Made by a program: the position numbers and the translations under genes. The notes under the pieces were generated by a model, which had not been told where the DNA came from, did no database searches, and saw nothing but the letters and a program-made list of their open reading frames with translations. Below, in pieces: positions 30,554 to 40,230 of a stretch of 64,000 bases of DNA (position 1 is the first letter of the stretch; each line of letters opens with the position of its first letter). Source of the stretch: Opitutales bacterium (GTDB lineage Bacteria > Verrucomicrobiota > Verrucomicrobiia > Opitutales > PNEW01); contig CBDANS010000006.1 in NCBI GenBank assembly GCA_965197745.1, positions 928,001 through 992,000 of the forward strand, in the 5' to 3' direction.

Positions 30554-31537
30554 TTATTGATCGACACGATAGAGCGGTTCTTTTCCCGCCGCAATTTGTT
30601 CCACATTGCTGGCCGCGGCCCCCGCCCGTTTGCGGGAGGTTCCATCCGTTACTCCGGAGATATGATTGGTGGTAATAATATTCGGCAAGTTAAAGAGAGG
30701 TGAACTGAGATCGGGGGGCTCCTGGCCGTAGGCGTCAAGTCCGGCTCCGCTGATTTGTCCCTTCTTTATAGCTTGCGCCAATGCTTCTTCGTCTGCCAAT
30801 GCGCCCCGCGCCACATTGATAAAAAAAGCGGACGGCTTCATCAGACCGAACCTGCGCGCGTCAATGATATGTCGGGTTTCTTTATTCAAATGCAAGTGCA
30901 CGGATAGGACGTCAGATTCCGCCACCACTTTATCGAGAGCATCCGGCTTTCCAACAAAGGCCAGGCCGAATTCACTGATCTCATCTTCACCCACTTCGCG
31001 AATATCGATTGCGGATATTATCATCCCAAAAGGTCCCGCTCTTCGCGCCAGTTCAATCGCGCTGGCGCCGAATCCCACCAGGCCCAGCTTCAAGCCAACG
31101 AGTTCTCTCCCTATTGGCCGGTAAAATTTTCCCTTCATCAAGTTCGCCTGGGTCTCATCATATTGCCGTGCCAACATCAGTATAAACATCATCGCGCATT
31201 CCGCCAGGGCAACCGCGCTGAATGGCCCCGGACAGTTGGCAACCGGTATTTTTTTTTCACGCCAATAATCCATATCGAAATGATCGAGTCCAGTCCCAAG
31301 GATCTGCCACAGTTTTACTTTTCCCGCCGCGATAGCAGCCATTTCTCTTGTCCCTGCCGCTCCCCCGTGGTCTATGACGACGTCAACACCATCAAACTGC
31401 GGAGCTAGTGGCTTATTATAATCACAGATATTTAAATCGTGGCGGTCATCAATCGCTCTCACCACATCCGAGTCCCAGGGTGAAGCGATTTCTATGATGG
31501 GATGCGGTAAAAATAAAACTTTAACCCTTTTACTCAT
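30554..31537 (-). CDS. D-isomer-specific 2-hydroxyacid dehydrogenase
   Basis: GLVGFGASA, INVARG, GAGLDA..EP and TNHISG motifs. Confidence 0.9.
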   Translation of the reverse strand: MSKRVKVLFLPHPIIEIASPWDSDVVRAIDDRHDLNICDYNKPLAPQFDGVDVVIDHGGAAGTREMAAIAAGKVKLWQILGTGLDHFDMDYWREKKIPVANCPGPFSAVALAECAMMFILMLARQYDETQANLMKGKFYRPIGRELVGLKLGLVGFGASAIELARRAGPFGMIISAIDIREVGEDEISEFGLAFVGKPDALDKVVAESDVLSVHLHLNKETRHIIDARRFGLMKPSAFFINVARGALADEEALAQAIKKGQISGAGLDAYGQEPPDLSSPLFNLPNIITTNHISGVTDGTSRKRAGAAASNVEQIAAGKEPLYRVDQ

Positions 31538-31568
31538 GATTATGTATCTCTGTTTATAATCATCGAAT

Positions 31569-32393
31569 TTAATTTCCCCAATAAACTGATTCAGCGTTGC
31601 CCCCCATAATGGCCGCTAAATCCGAAGCACTCAAATAAGTATAGAAGCGCTCCTGGAGCGCCAGCACGCTGGCATAACTGCTGTTAAGTATTACATGGGG
31701 GAAATCGCTGCCCCAGATCAGACGCTTCGGACCAAATGTTTCGTAGAGTGCTTTAAAAATGTCGTGGCAATCGGCATAGGGCCAGGATTTATTTGAATGA
31801 TAGTAATAGCCGGTGACTTTTACCGAGATCTGGGGGAATTTAGCCAGCTTTAAAAGCGTTTTAAACTCCGGCGCGTCCCTCCCTGCGGTAACATCCGGGT
31901 GCGCCATGTGATCTATAAGAAGGGGAACTTGAGGGTAACGTTTCGCCAGTTTTGAGATCGTTGGCAAGTGCTCCCTATTAATAAGCACGTTTACCGCGAT
32001 GCCCAAATCCTGCGCGGCTTTCCAGACGGCATACGATTTTCTTTTACCAAAAGTTTCCTCTTCCCCCAGGGCTCTCGGTCGGATCCGCAATCCTTTACAC
32101 CCTCGCTCTGTGACCCAGTATTTTAAGCGCTCGGCAGCGTCGGCTTCACGCGGGTCGACATAGCAGACGGCAGTGAAACGATGGGGATCAGCCGCCGCAC
32201 TGTCTGCGACATAGGAATTATCTTCCCCCGGGAAAAGTGGCTGGACAAGGACGGCTTTATCTATTCCGTGTTCATCCATGTACTGCATCAGCAGTTCGAC
32301 AGGAACATCAGAACAGGGACTGATAATGGTAATCGAAGGATCGGGATGATTGCGAACCGCTCGCCAGATATGAAGATGCGCGTCTATGATCAT
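31569..32393 (-). CDS. Amidohydrolase_2 family (lactonase-like)
   Basis: IIDAHLHIW, LIDHMA and LIWGSDFP motifs. Confidence 0.88.
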   Translation of the reverse strand: MIIDAHLHIWRAVRNHPDPSITIISPCSDVPVELLMQYMDEHGIDKAVLVQPLFPGEDNSYVADSAAADPHRFTAVCYVDPREADAAERLKYWVTERGCKGLRIRPRALGEEETFGKRKSYAVWKAAQDLGIAVNVLINREHLPTISKLAKRYPQVPLLIDHMAHPDVTAGRDAPEFKTLLKLAKFPQISVKVTGYYYHSNKSWPYADCHDIFKALYETFGPKRLIWGSDFPHVILNSSYASVLALQERFYTYLSASDLAAIMGGNAESVYWGN

Positions 32394-32440
32394 ACAATTT
32401 AGAATAGAGTATTCATTTAACTGATTTTTTCAGTGAAAAT

Positions 32441-33241
32441 TTAATAAGGCAACAAACCGCCGGCCACATTGATTGTATCAGAAGTCATGTAGTTGGCATC
32501 ATCGGAGGCCAGGAATGCCACAACATTTGCCACATCTTCGGGTTTCTGAATGCGGGCCAACGGGATGCTGGCAACTATTCTTTCAAGGACCGAACCGCGA
32601 GTGACGCCTTCCAGATCTGCCATTTCACGGTCGATAAGCTCCCACATCGGAGTGTCAACAATGCCGGCACAAATACAGTTTACGAGAATCTGGTGATCGG
32701 AGAGTTCAAGGCCTAGCTGCTTTCCAAATCCAACTACCGCGTGCTTGCTGGCGGCATAAGCGCCCAAAAACATTCCTTTACCCGGTGCTATCTTTCCGGC
32801 ACCTGATGCATTTATAATTATCCGTCCTCCCTTACCCTGTTTTATCATTTGCCTGGCGGCCGCTTTACTACAAAGAAAGGTGCCTTTGGCGTTGACCTCC
32901 ATAAGCCGATCCCAGGTCTCGTCATCGGTATCTATTAATGGGGCGACTGCGCCAATCCCCGCATTGTTGACAAGAATGTCCAGTTGGCCGAACGCCGTGA
33001 TTGTCTCGTCAATCATCCTCTCGACATCGTCTTTTTGTGTCACATCGACTTTTATTCCGATTGCTTTACTGCTCACTGAATTAATTTCTGCCGCAGTGGC
33101 CTCTGCCGTTTTTCCATCAATATCAGTAACCACTACGGCAACGCCCTCACGTGCTAATCGTTGCGCAATGGCTTTGCCGATACCCCGACCCGCACCGGTC
33201 ACGATTCCTGCTTTACCCTGAAGTTCCTCATACTTTGGCAT
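32441..33241 (-). CDS. Short-chain dehydrogenase/reductase (acetoin/polyol dehydrogenase-like)
   Basis: TGAGRGIG, VNNAG, YAASK and GIVDTPMW motifs. Confidence 0.9.
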   Translation of the reverse strand: MPKYEELQGKAGIVTGAGRGIGKAIAQRLAREGVAVVVTDIDGKTAEATAAEINSVSSKAIGIKVDVTQKDDVERMIDETITAFGQLDILVNNAGIGAVAPLIDTDDETWDRLMEVNAKGTFLCSKAAARQMIKQGKGGRIIINASGAGKIAPGKGMFLGAYAASKHAVVGFGKQLGLELSDHQILVNCICAGIVDTPMWELIDREMADLEGVTRGSVLERIVASIPLARIQKPEDVANVVAFLASDDANYMTSDTINVAGGLLPY

Positions 33242-33300
33242 TGTATTTCCCCTCTCGCATTAGATGCTTTTTAATGCTAATCAAATTGCCCTAAACGTTC

Positions 33301-33771
33301 TTATGATGGCTTCAAGTCGAGTTCCATTAATTCGAGAATGAATCCATCCGGATCCTTGAAGAAAACAACTTTGACGACGCCGTATTCCCATTCCTCACCC
33401 AAATCAAAACTTACGGGCGCGGATATAAATTCAACCCCCTTTTTTCGCAATTCGTCATAGGTTGCGTCTATGTCGTCTACGCCAAAACAGAAATGGGAAT
33501 GATTGGCCATGCCTAACGCGGCATTGGCTATTTCACCTTTCGGTTTAATATACTGCTGTAAATCTACAAGAATATCGGGGGTGTCAGGGGATGCGAGTCG
33601 GACAACCTGCATGACAACTTCGGGTTTGCCTGCCATCGTTGAAATTGTCTCACCCTCAAGCAGGTGTCGTTCAATTTCTTTCAATCCCATAATATCTTTA
33701 TAAAAAGGCAGTGACCTTTCGAGATCACTCACCGTCACCGCTACATGATCCAGGTTTTTAACAAATCCCAT
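33301..33771 (-). CDS. VOC/glyoxalase family protein
   Basis: LDHVAVTVSDLERSLPFY, HFCFGVDD and FFKDPDGFILELME motifs. Confidence 0.9.
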   Translation of the reverse strand: MGFVKNLDHVAVTVSDLERSLPFYKDIMGLKEIERHLLEGETISTMAGKPEVVMQVVRLASPDTPDILVDLQQYIKPKGEIANAALGMANHSHFCFGVDDIDATYDELRKKGVEFISAPVSFDLGEEWEYGVVKVVFFKDPDGFILELMELDLKPS

Positions 33772-33794
33772 AACAATTCCTTAGTTTAATTTAA

Positions 33795-34994
33795 TTATTT
33801 AAATAACGGGGCCGGCTTTTCAAAGGTATTCTTTAATGACTTTAAAAATTGTGCGGCCGCGACCCCATCCACCGCTCGATGATCCACGTTGAGCGTAACC
33901 TGCATCATCGGTCTGAGGACAATTTTCCTCGTTGCTCCGACCGGCATTTCTTTCACTGCACCTACGGAAAGAATCCCCACTTCAGGGGGATTTATGATGG
34001 AGGTAAACTGCTCTATGCCATACATGCCTAGATTTGAAATAGTGAATGTGCTTCCACTCATTTCCTCTTTTCTTAAGCGTTGCTTATGGACACGATCCGT
34101 CAGCCCACTCAACTCCAATTGAATATTTTCTAGGCTCAAACTTTGCGCATTGCGAATAACCGGAATCATTAACCCCTCTTCCAGGGCGACGACAATTCCA
34201 AGATGTACCGCATGATACTGATGAATTTCATCATCAATGATATGTCCATTAATCCTTGGGTGTTGGGTTAAGGTTTTAGCAACGGCTCTGGACAAAAGTG
34301 AAGTAATAGTAACTTTGCTATCATCTTTTGCATGTTTTTCATTCCATTCATTAATTAAGCGTGTCGCTTTGCTCATATCGATTGAAAGGGTCAATGATAT
34401 ATGCGGCGCGTTCTGATGACTTTGTTTCACGCGCTCAGCTATGGCCCGCCGCATGCCCTTGATTTCAATAACCTCATATTTGTTCTTCTTCAATAGATCA
34501 TCGACCTTAACGCTTCCGACATTGATAATGTTATTGGCGTGGACTGCGCCGTCGGAACCGGTCTCTGATAGAGACCTTATATCGATATCCAGTTCGGAAG
34601 CCAGTCGTCTCGCTTTCGGTGAAGCGGCTACCAGCCTGGGCATTTTTGTTCCCGTTATGGCTGTTGCTCCAGCTTTTGAAACCTGAGGGGGGCTTTCGCT
34701 CTGTGATTTTTCTTTCTCGGCGCTCAATATTGTCTCCCGCTTCGGGATTTTTTCCCCTTCATCGACGAGAAAAGCTATTACCTGGCCAACCGGTATTTTA
34801 TCGCCGGCCCTGGCTGAAACATTGGATATAATTCCGGTTCCTGGCGCCTCTATTTCTATCACGGCCTTGTCAGTCTCGACTTCAAACAGGGGATCACCCT
34901 TGCTTACCATTTCTCCTTCGGGCTTTAACCAGCTTATGAGAACGCCCATATCCTGAGCCATCTCCAGAGCTGGCATCACTATCTCTATGGCCAC
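33795..34994 (-). CDS. Dihydrolipoamide acyltransferase (E2)
   Basis: Lipoyl VETDKA, subunit-binding ASPKARRLA, TFTISNLG and catalytic DHRAVDG. Confidence 0.93.
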   Translation of the reverse strand: MAIEIVMPALEMAQDMGVLISWLKPEGEMVSKGDPLFEVETDKAVIEIEAPGTGIISNVSARAGDKIPVGQVIAFLVDEGEKIPKRETILSAEKEKSQSESPPQVSKAGATAITGTKMPRLVAASPKARRLASELDIDIRSLSETGSDGAVHANNIINVGSVKVDDLLKKNKYEVIEIKGMRRAIAERVKQSHQNAPHISLTLSIDMSKATRLINEWNEKHAKDDSKVTITSLLSRAVAKTLTQHPRINGHIIDDEIHQYHAVHLGIVVALEEGLMIPVIRNAQSLSLENIQLELSGLTDRVHKQRLRKEEMSGSTFTISNLGMYGIEQFTSIINPPEVGILSVGAVKEMPVGATRKIVLRPMMQVTLNVDHRAVDGVAAAQFLKSLKNTFEKPAPLFK

Positions 34995-35005
34995 GTTACA
35001 ACTCC

Positions 35006-36007
35006 TTAATTTCCCAGTAACTGTTTTGCGGTCTTCACTATCCCCTCCACATCGGGTATCGTCTGGTCTTCTAATATGGGAGAAAATGGGACAGGAACAT
35101 CCATCGCGCCTATTCGCCGCACCGGAGAATCAAGAAAATAAAATGCTTTCTCGTTGATCACTGAAGCGACCTCCGCCGTTATCCCAAAGCTCTGATAGCC
35201 CTCATCGATAACAATGCATCGCGAGGTCTTCATCGCGGATTCCACTAGTTTTTCCTCATCAATGGGGGTTATACTTCTCAAGTCGATAACTTCTGCGGAA
35301 ACGCCGCCTTCTTTCAGTTTAATCGCGGCTTCGAGAGCGACCAGTACCATGCTTGAAGTCGCAATTAAGGTTATATCCTCTCCCGCACGTTTAATATCAG
35401 CTTTACCAAAGGGGATGGTGTATTCTTCCGCAGGATCAGGAACCATGCCTTTTGTTTGATAATTCATCTTATCCTCAAAGAAGATAACCGGATTGTTATC
35501 GCGTATCGCTGTCTTGAGCAGTCCCTTGGCGTCATAGGGAGAAGAAGGCAGCATCACTTTCAGCCCGGGAATATGAGCAAACCAGGCCTGCAGACTCTGT
35601 GAATGCTGCGCCGCCGCCCGTCTGCCTGCGCCCATGAGGGTGCGAATAACAATGGGGACCTGGTAATTCCCCCCCGACATATAATGCGTCTTTGCCGCCT
35701 GGTTAACCAACGAGTCCATGACCAGGGTAAGGAAATCGCAAAACATGATTTCAACAATGGGACGCATGCCAGTCATCGCTGCTCCCACACCTAACCCCGT
35801 AATCCCCGCCTCAGATATCGGGCTATCTATTATCCGTTCCGGACCAAATTTATCAAGGATGCCATCGGTCACTTTAAATACACCACTGGCACTAGCCACA
35901 TCTTCACCTATGAGTATTACTTTTTCATCGCGCTCCATTTCTTCGCAGAGTGCTTCATTAATTGCCTGAAGATTGGTAATCTCGCGTCCGTTACTCGGCA
36001 TAGACAT
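35006..36007 (-). CDS. 2-oxoacid/acetoin dehydrogenase E1 beta subunit
   Basis: IGEDVA, DSPISEAG, PIVEIMF, AQHSQS and DAKGLL motifs. Confidence 0.93.
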   Translation of the reverse strand: MSMPSNGREITNLQAINEALCEEMERDEKVILIGEDVASASGVFKVTDGILDKFGPERIIDSPISEAGITGLGVGAAMTGMRPIVEIMFCDFLTLVMDSLVNQAAKTHYMSGGNYQVPIVIRTLMGAGRRAAAQHSQSLQAWFAHIPGLKVMLPSSPYDAKGLLKTAIRDNNPVIFFEDKMNYQTKGMVPDPAEEYTIPFGKADIKRAGEDITLIATSSMVLVALEAAIKLKEGGVSAEVIDLRSITPIDEEKLVESAMKTSRCIVIDEGYQSFGITAEVASVINEKAFYFLDSPVRRIGAMDVPVPFSPILEDQTIPDVEGIVKTAKQLLGN

Positions 36008-36962
36008 GCTTTAATACTGATTCAGGTTTCGGATAAGGAGACTTCTGACCAAATTCTATTCCCCTTTCAATTTCCTCGTTAACGTCATCCCGGATAGCAT
36101 CCAGTTCACTGCTGGAAATCCTCTCGTCCTCCAGGATCTGTCTATTCAAATTGTCAATGGGATCGCGCTTTTCTCGCCATTCGCTTTCTTCATCACGGGT
36201 GCGGTAGGGCCGGTTCCGATCGCCCATTCCGTGACCATAATAGCGATATGTGCTGAATATGAGAAAACTTGGTCCCTCCCCATTTCGCGCTCGTTCAGTT
36301 GCTGATGACATAGCTTCGTATACATCCAGCACATTCATTCCGTCTACGGATATTGAAGGAATGCTAAAGGCTTCACCGCGCATTTTTACCGTTCCCGCGG
36401 TGACTCGCCTCATCGGAGTGTACTCGCCATACTGGTTGTTTTCGCAAGCGAAGATAACGGGTAAATTCCAGATCGATGCCATGTTCATGGATTCTGAGAG
36501 AATTCCCTGGTTTAACGCTCCATCGCCGAAAAAACTGACACTCACTCGGTTGTTCTTTTGTAACTTTGCACTGAGCGCCGCTCCAGTGGCAATAGAGATC
36601 CCGCCTCCGACAATACCGTTGGCTCCGAGATTTCCCCCTTCCTGGTTGGCAATGTGCATGGATCCCCCTTTTCCCCGACAATATCCGTCTTCTTTTCCAA
36701 ACAACTCGGCAAACATTCGACCCACGTCAGCGCCTTTGGCCAGGCAGTGCCCGTGACCGCGGTGCGTGCTTGTAATATAGTCCTCCTGGTTCAACGCCGC
36801 GCAAACACCCACCGCCACAGCTTCCTGCCCCACAGAGACATGGGCGATTCCCGTGATTAATGTTTTTTCATACAGCCGCAATACCTGTTCTTCAAATTCC
36901 CGTACCGTCATCATCTGACGGTATAAATCTAAAAGAAATTTTTTTTCATACTGCTTTGTCAT
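35991..36962 (-). CDS. 2-oxoacid/acetoin dehydrogenase E1 alpha subunit (ThDP-dependent)
   Basis: GQEAVAVG, STHRGHGH, GKGGSMH, GDGA...ENN and TYRYYGH motifs. Confidence 0.93.
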   Translation of the reverse strand: MTKQYEKKFLLDLYRQMMTVREFEEQVLRLYEKTLITGIAHVSVGQEAVAVGVCAALNQEDYITSTHRGHGHCLAKGADVGRMFAELFGKEDGYCRGKGGSMHIANQEGGNLGANGIVGGGISIATGAALSAKLQKNNRVSVSFFGDGALNQGILSESMNMASIWNLPVIFACENNQYGEYTPMRRVTAGTVKMRGEAFSIPSISVDGMNVLDVYEAMSSATERARNGEGPSFLIFSTYRYYGHGMGDRNRPYRTRDEESEWREKRDPIDNLNRQILEDERISSSELDAIRDDVNEEIERGIEFGQKSPYPKPESVLKHVYAE

Positions 36963-37181
36963 AAGCAAAAACGATTTATTATCGTATGGTCCTCACTCCT
37001 CTATAATGCAATCTAAATCCATCATCCCCATTACCCTATAGGGGTGCTCTTAATACGGGTTATATATTTCTATGTACGTTTAACGTTTTTTTAACATTAC
37101 AACTCTTGCTAATTTACACTAAATATTTTAAAGAAAAGACGAAAACTATATTTATAGTTAAAATTTTAAAAGAAATTCTCT

Positions 37182-37583
37182 ATGATGGGTAAAAAGACAT
37201 TGCGGGCTACCAAACAACGCCATGCCATTAAAAAAGCCTTTGAAGATGCGGCTCGCCCGCTGGGGCCGAAAGAAATTCTTCATATCGCCGGTAAATCGGT
37301 GCCGAACCTCGGCATAGCCACTATCTATCGCAATATCAAGGTAATGATCGATGAAGGCGAATTGGAAACCGTAGATTTACCCGGACAGGCATCGCGCTAT
37401 CAACGACCATCGGAAGATAATCAGCAGCTGATTATATGTGAGAATGACGATTCAGTATTCACCCTTAAGTCCGATATCGAAGGGTTTGAACCTGAACTGC
37501 CTGAAGGTTTTGTTTTAAAACGCTACCAGATTATCTATTACGGAGAATACAAAAGCACTCCGGATAAATCCAATCAAAGGTAA
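37182..37583 (+). CDS. Fur-family transcriptional regulator (degenerate metal sites)
   Basis: RATKQRHAI and PNLGIATIYRNIK winged helix; no HHH or CxxC motif. Confidence 0.8.
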   Translation: MMGKKTLRATKQRHAIKKAFEDAARPLGPKEILHIAGKSVPNLGIATIYRNIKVMIDEGELETVDLPGQASRYQRPSEDNQQLIICENDDSVFTLKSDIEGFEPELPEGFVLKRYQIIYYGEYKSTPDKSNQR

Positions 37584-37615
37584 GTTCCGGTGTTATCCCG
37601 GGTAGGAGCTCAAGT

Positions 37616-38242
37616 TTACTTGGGGATTCTTATGATCTGGCCAATTTGCAGACGGTGAGGATCTATACCGGGATTGGCCGCTAAAAATTCCTGCCTGTTC
37701 TTTCCATACTTTCGCGCGAGCTCGTTAATGGTATCACCCCCTTGTTTGCGATGATAAATGGTCGTTGGTATTTCAAGAGAAGGGGTTTCTATCCTTGTTA
37801 TATTAACTTTTTCGATGGTCGGTGGGGGTTTCATGGGCTCCAACTGCGCGTCATTGTTATCGGCCAGAATATACATCTGGTTTGAATTACGAATAATCTG
37901 CTCGCGGTTAATCTTTACTTCATAGCTGACAGAATCGAAGGCATCTTGAGTCTGCCTGACCGCACTGCGCATCTGTTCTTTCATCTGCGTTATTTCAGAA
38001 CTTATTTTATACAAACGCTCTTCCACCGTTGAATTCACTTTGCCCTGGTGCCCTGCCTCGCCCGGTGACGCTTTTCTCAGTTCTGCGATTTCTTTTTTTG
38101 CGGCACTTCCAGACAGTAGACCGATGGCCCCAAGAATGATCCCAACGAACCCGATCATGCCAAGTATTAAGGGGATAGCGATGTTCCGAAAATTACGGTC
38201 GGGTCTTTCCTCTTTGAGGTAAAATAGGTCCCTATCCAACAT
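37616..38242 (-). CDS. Membrane-anchored coiled-coil protein with C-terminal LysM domain
   Basis: TM helix, coiled coil, then YHRKQGGDTINELARKYG...ANPGIDPHRLQIGQIIRIP. Confidence 0.85.
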   Translation of the reverse strand: MLDRDLFYLKEERPDRNFRNIAIPLILGMIGFVGIILGAIGLLSGSAAKKEIAELRKASPGEAGHQGKVNSTVEERLYKISSEITQMKEQMRSAVRQTQDAFDSVSYEVKINREQIIRNSNQMYILADNNDAQLEPMKPPPTIEKVNITRIETPSLEIPTTIYHRKQGGDTINELARKYGKNRQEFLAANPGIDPHRLQIGQIIRIPK

Positions 38243-38397
38243 TAAACTTTAATATTAAAATATTTTCCTCTCAGCGCAAGCGCGTTTCACCTAATGCTTT
38301 CTGCTTACCGCAAATTCACTTAATCCCTTTTCAACTCATCACCCTCAAAGAAACCATTGACAAATGATGGTATTCTTTTCCTTTGATCAAGTTAGAT

Positions 38398-38476
38398 CGG
38401 GGCGTAGCACAGCCTGGTTTAGTGCGCCTGCTTTGGGAGCAGGAGGTCGCCAGTTCGAATCTGGCCGCCCCGACCA
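38398..38476 (+). tRNA. tRNA-Pro (anticodon TGG), CCA encoded
   Basis: CGGGGCG/CGCCCCG acceptor stem, GCAC/GTGC D-stem, CCTGC-TTTGGGA-GCAGG anticodon arm, GCCAG-TTCGAAT-CTGGC T-arm, ACCA end; TTGACA at 38357. Confidence 0.97.
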
Positions 38477-38674
38477 CTTATTTTTTCGCAGTTTAATCTC
38501 TTAAGTATTTTATTATCAATGATATAAGGAATAAATAATCACTTAGATTACATGTATGAATGATTTATATGATAAAAATAGGGGGGTATTCTACATAAAA
38601 GGCTTGCTCTCCCTCATATTTAATTATAATTAAATGTCACTATTACTAATAAAGTCTACTACTAATAGGGTTAT

Positions 38675-39586
38675 ATGTTAAAACCTTACACTCTGGACGA
38701 TCTGGATACGAGTAAAGCCAGCATCGTAGAAAAGGCCATTTTGGAAATACAAAAGACGGTATTTCCGCGAGCTAACACGGCGATGATTTCCCAGTTATTC
38801 GCTGATGTAGTCGCCATGTTTGAGGGCACATTTTGGGATTACCAGGCCATGGACACGGCCTATCATAATCTGGAGCATACCATGCAAGCCACCCTTTGTT
38901 GGGCTCGTCTTATCGCCAGCCGCCATCTCGAGAAGGTGGAACCTATAATGTCGGAAAGAGATTTTGAAAACGGTCTCCACGCCTTACTCCTCCATGATAT
39001 TGGCTATCTTAAAGAAAGAGGTGACAACGTAGGAACGGGAGCAAAATACACATTTATGCATGTGCAAAGGAGCTGCGAACTTGCCGATCTTTACCTCATT
39101 AAAAAAGATTGGTCTCGATTTGAAATATATGTCGTTCAACACATCATCTCCTGCACTGGCCCGCGCAGCATTATTGATGCAGTACCTTTTAACAATGAAA
39201 TGGAAAGAATCATGGGCGAAGCGGCATGTGCCGCCGATTATTTAGGGCAGATGAGTGACCCCCAATACAAACAGAAACTGCTCTCTCTTTTTATGGAATT
39301 TGAAGAGTCAGATGATTATCGCAAAATCTTAAAAGAAGATCGCATGTTTAAAAGCAGTGAGGAAATTCTCCGCAGCACCCCTTATTTCTGGGATAATATC
39401 GTTATACCGAAACTCGATAAAGATTGTCATAGTCTCTATAAATATCTTTCCCAACCTTATCCCGATGGTGTAAATCCTTATTTACAAAAAGTTGAAGAAC
39501 ATATCGCGACCATACGAAAATGGTATACTAGCCTGGATTCCTGGGAAAGGTACTTTGGGAAAAGGTCATTAAATATGGGTGGCTAA
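38675..39586 (+). CDS. HD-domain metal-dependent phosphohydrolase
   Basis: YHNLEH, LLHDIGY, HVQRS and ADYLGQM motifs. Confidence 0.85.
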   Translation: MLKPYTLDDLDTSKASIVEKAILEIQKTVFPRANTAMISQLFADVVAMFEGTFWDYQAMDTAYHNLEHTMQATLCWARLIASRHLEKVEPIMSERDFENGLHALLLHDIGYLKERGDNVGTGAKYTFMHVQRSCELADLYLIKKDWSRFEIYVVQHIISCTGPRSIIDAVPFNNEMERIMGEAACAADYLGQMSDPQYKQKLLSLFMEFEESDDYRKILKEDRMFKSSEEILRSTPYFWDNIVIPKLDKDCHSLYKYLSQPYPDGVNPYLQKVEEHIATIRKWYTSLDSWERYFGKRSLNMGG

Positions 39587-39609
39587 AGAAGGCCTTCCAT
39601 TATTGCTTC

Positions 39610-39632
39610 AAAGGGTGTAAGCCCTTTTTTTT
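39610..39632 (+). terminator. Possible intrinsic terminator
   Basis: aaaggg-tgtaag-cccttt followed by a T run, just after the HD gene stop; the stem is short. Confidence 0.4.
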
Positions 39633-39762
39633 AAAAAACTGAAGGCGAATTATTAAAATTCGCTTGAAATAAGCGCCATCGGTTGATCATTTATAGATAC
39701 GCGTTTATGCAATACCGGTGTGAATAGTAATATTTCGTATTCCCTGATTATCTGCAATTTCA

Positions 39763-40140
39763 ATGAAAAGCATACTCTTAGTGGAAGACAATGAGGACAA
39801 TGAGGATTACATCATGGATTTGCTGTCCGGCCAATATGAAATCAACTGGTATCGCAGCGGCATGGACGCTTTAGAATATTTAGAAAACCCAGACGCCGCA
39901 GCTCCTGATATTTTTCTTCTTGATATAAGTTTACCCGGCATTGATGGGGTCACGCTTCTAGGAAAAATTCGTTCGCTTAACGCCTTTGAAAATATCCCAA
40001 CTATAGCTTTAACCGCACATGCCATGTCAACTGACCGGGACCGCTTCCTGGGAGCCGGTTTTAATGGCTATGTCACCAAGCCCATCGTTGATGAAGGGGT
40101 TTTGGTAGAGGAAATCGAACGGCTCACCCCTGCGGGTTAA
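39763..40140 (+). CDS. Single-domain response regulator (DivK/CheY-like)
   Basis: LLVEDN, LLDISLPGIDG, ALTAHA and TKP motifs. Confidence 0.92.
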   Translation: MKSILLVEDNEDNEDYIMDLLSGQYEINWYRSGMDALEYLENPDAAAPDIFLLDISLPGIDGVTLLGKIRSLNAFENIPTIALTAHAMSTDRDRFLGAGFNGYVTKPIVDEGVLVEEIERLTPAG

Positions 40141-40156
40141 GGGTTATGCCCTAAGG

Positions 40157-40230
40157 GGAGCGGGTAGTCCTGGCACGCTTTTTTATATCCTTTAACAATC
40201 GAACAAACGCGCTGGGGACAGCACCACCCT
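40157..40230. repeat. Degenerate REP family B pair
   Basis: ggagcgggtagtcctggcacgctt and aaacgcgctggggacagcac. Confidence 0.5.

Noticed and set aside
38398..38476. tRNA as prophage/island attachment site; enlarged 11-nt D-loop
   Set aside because: No integrase and no duplicated tRNA 3' end seen; the D-loop size is within normal variation.
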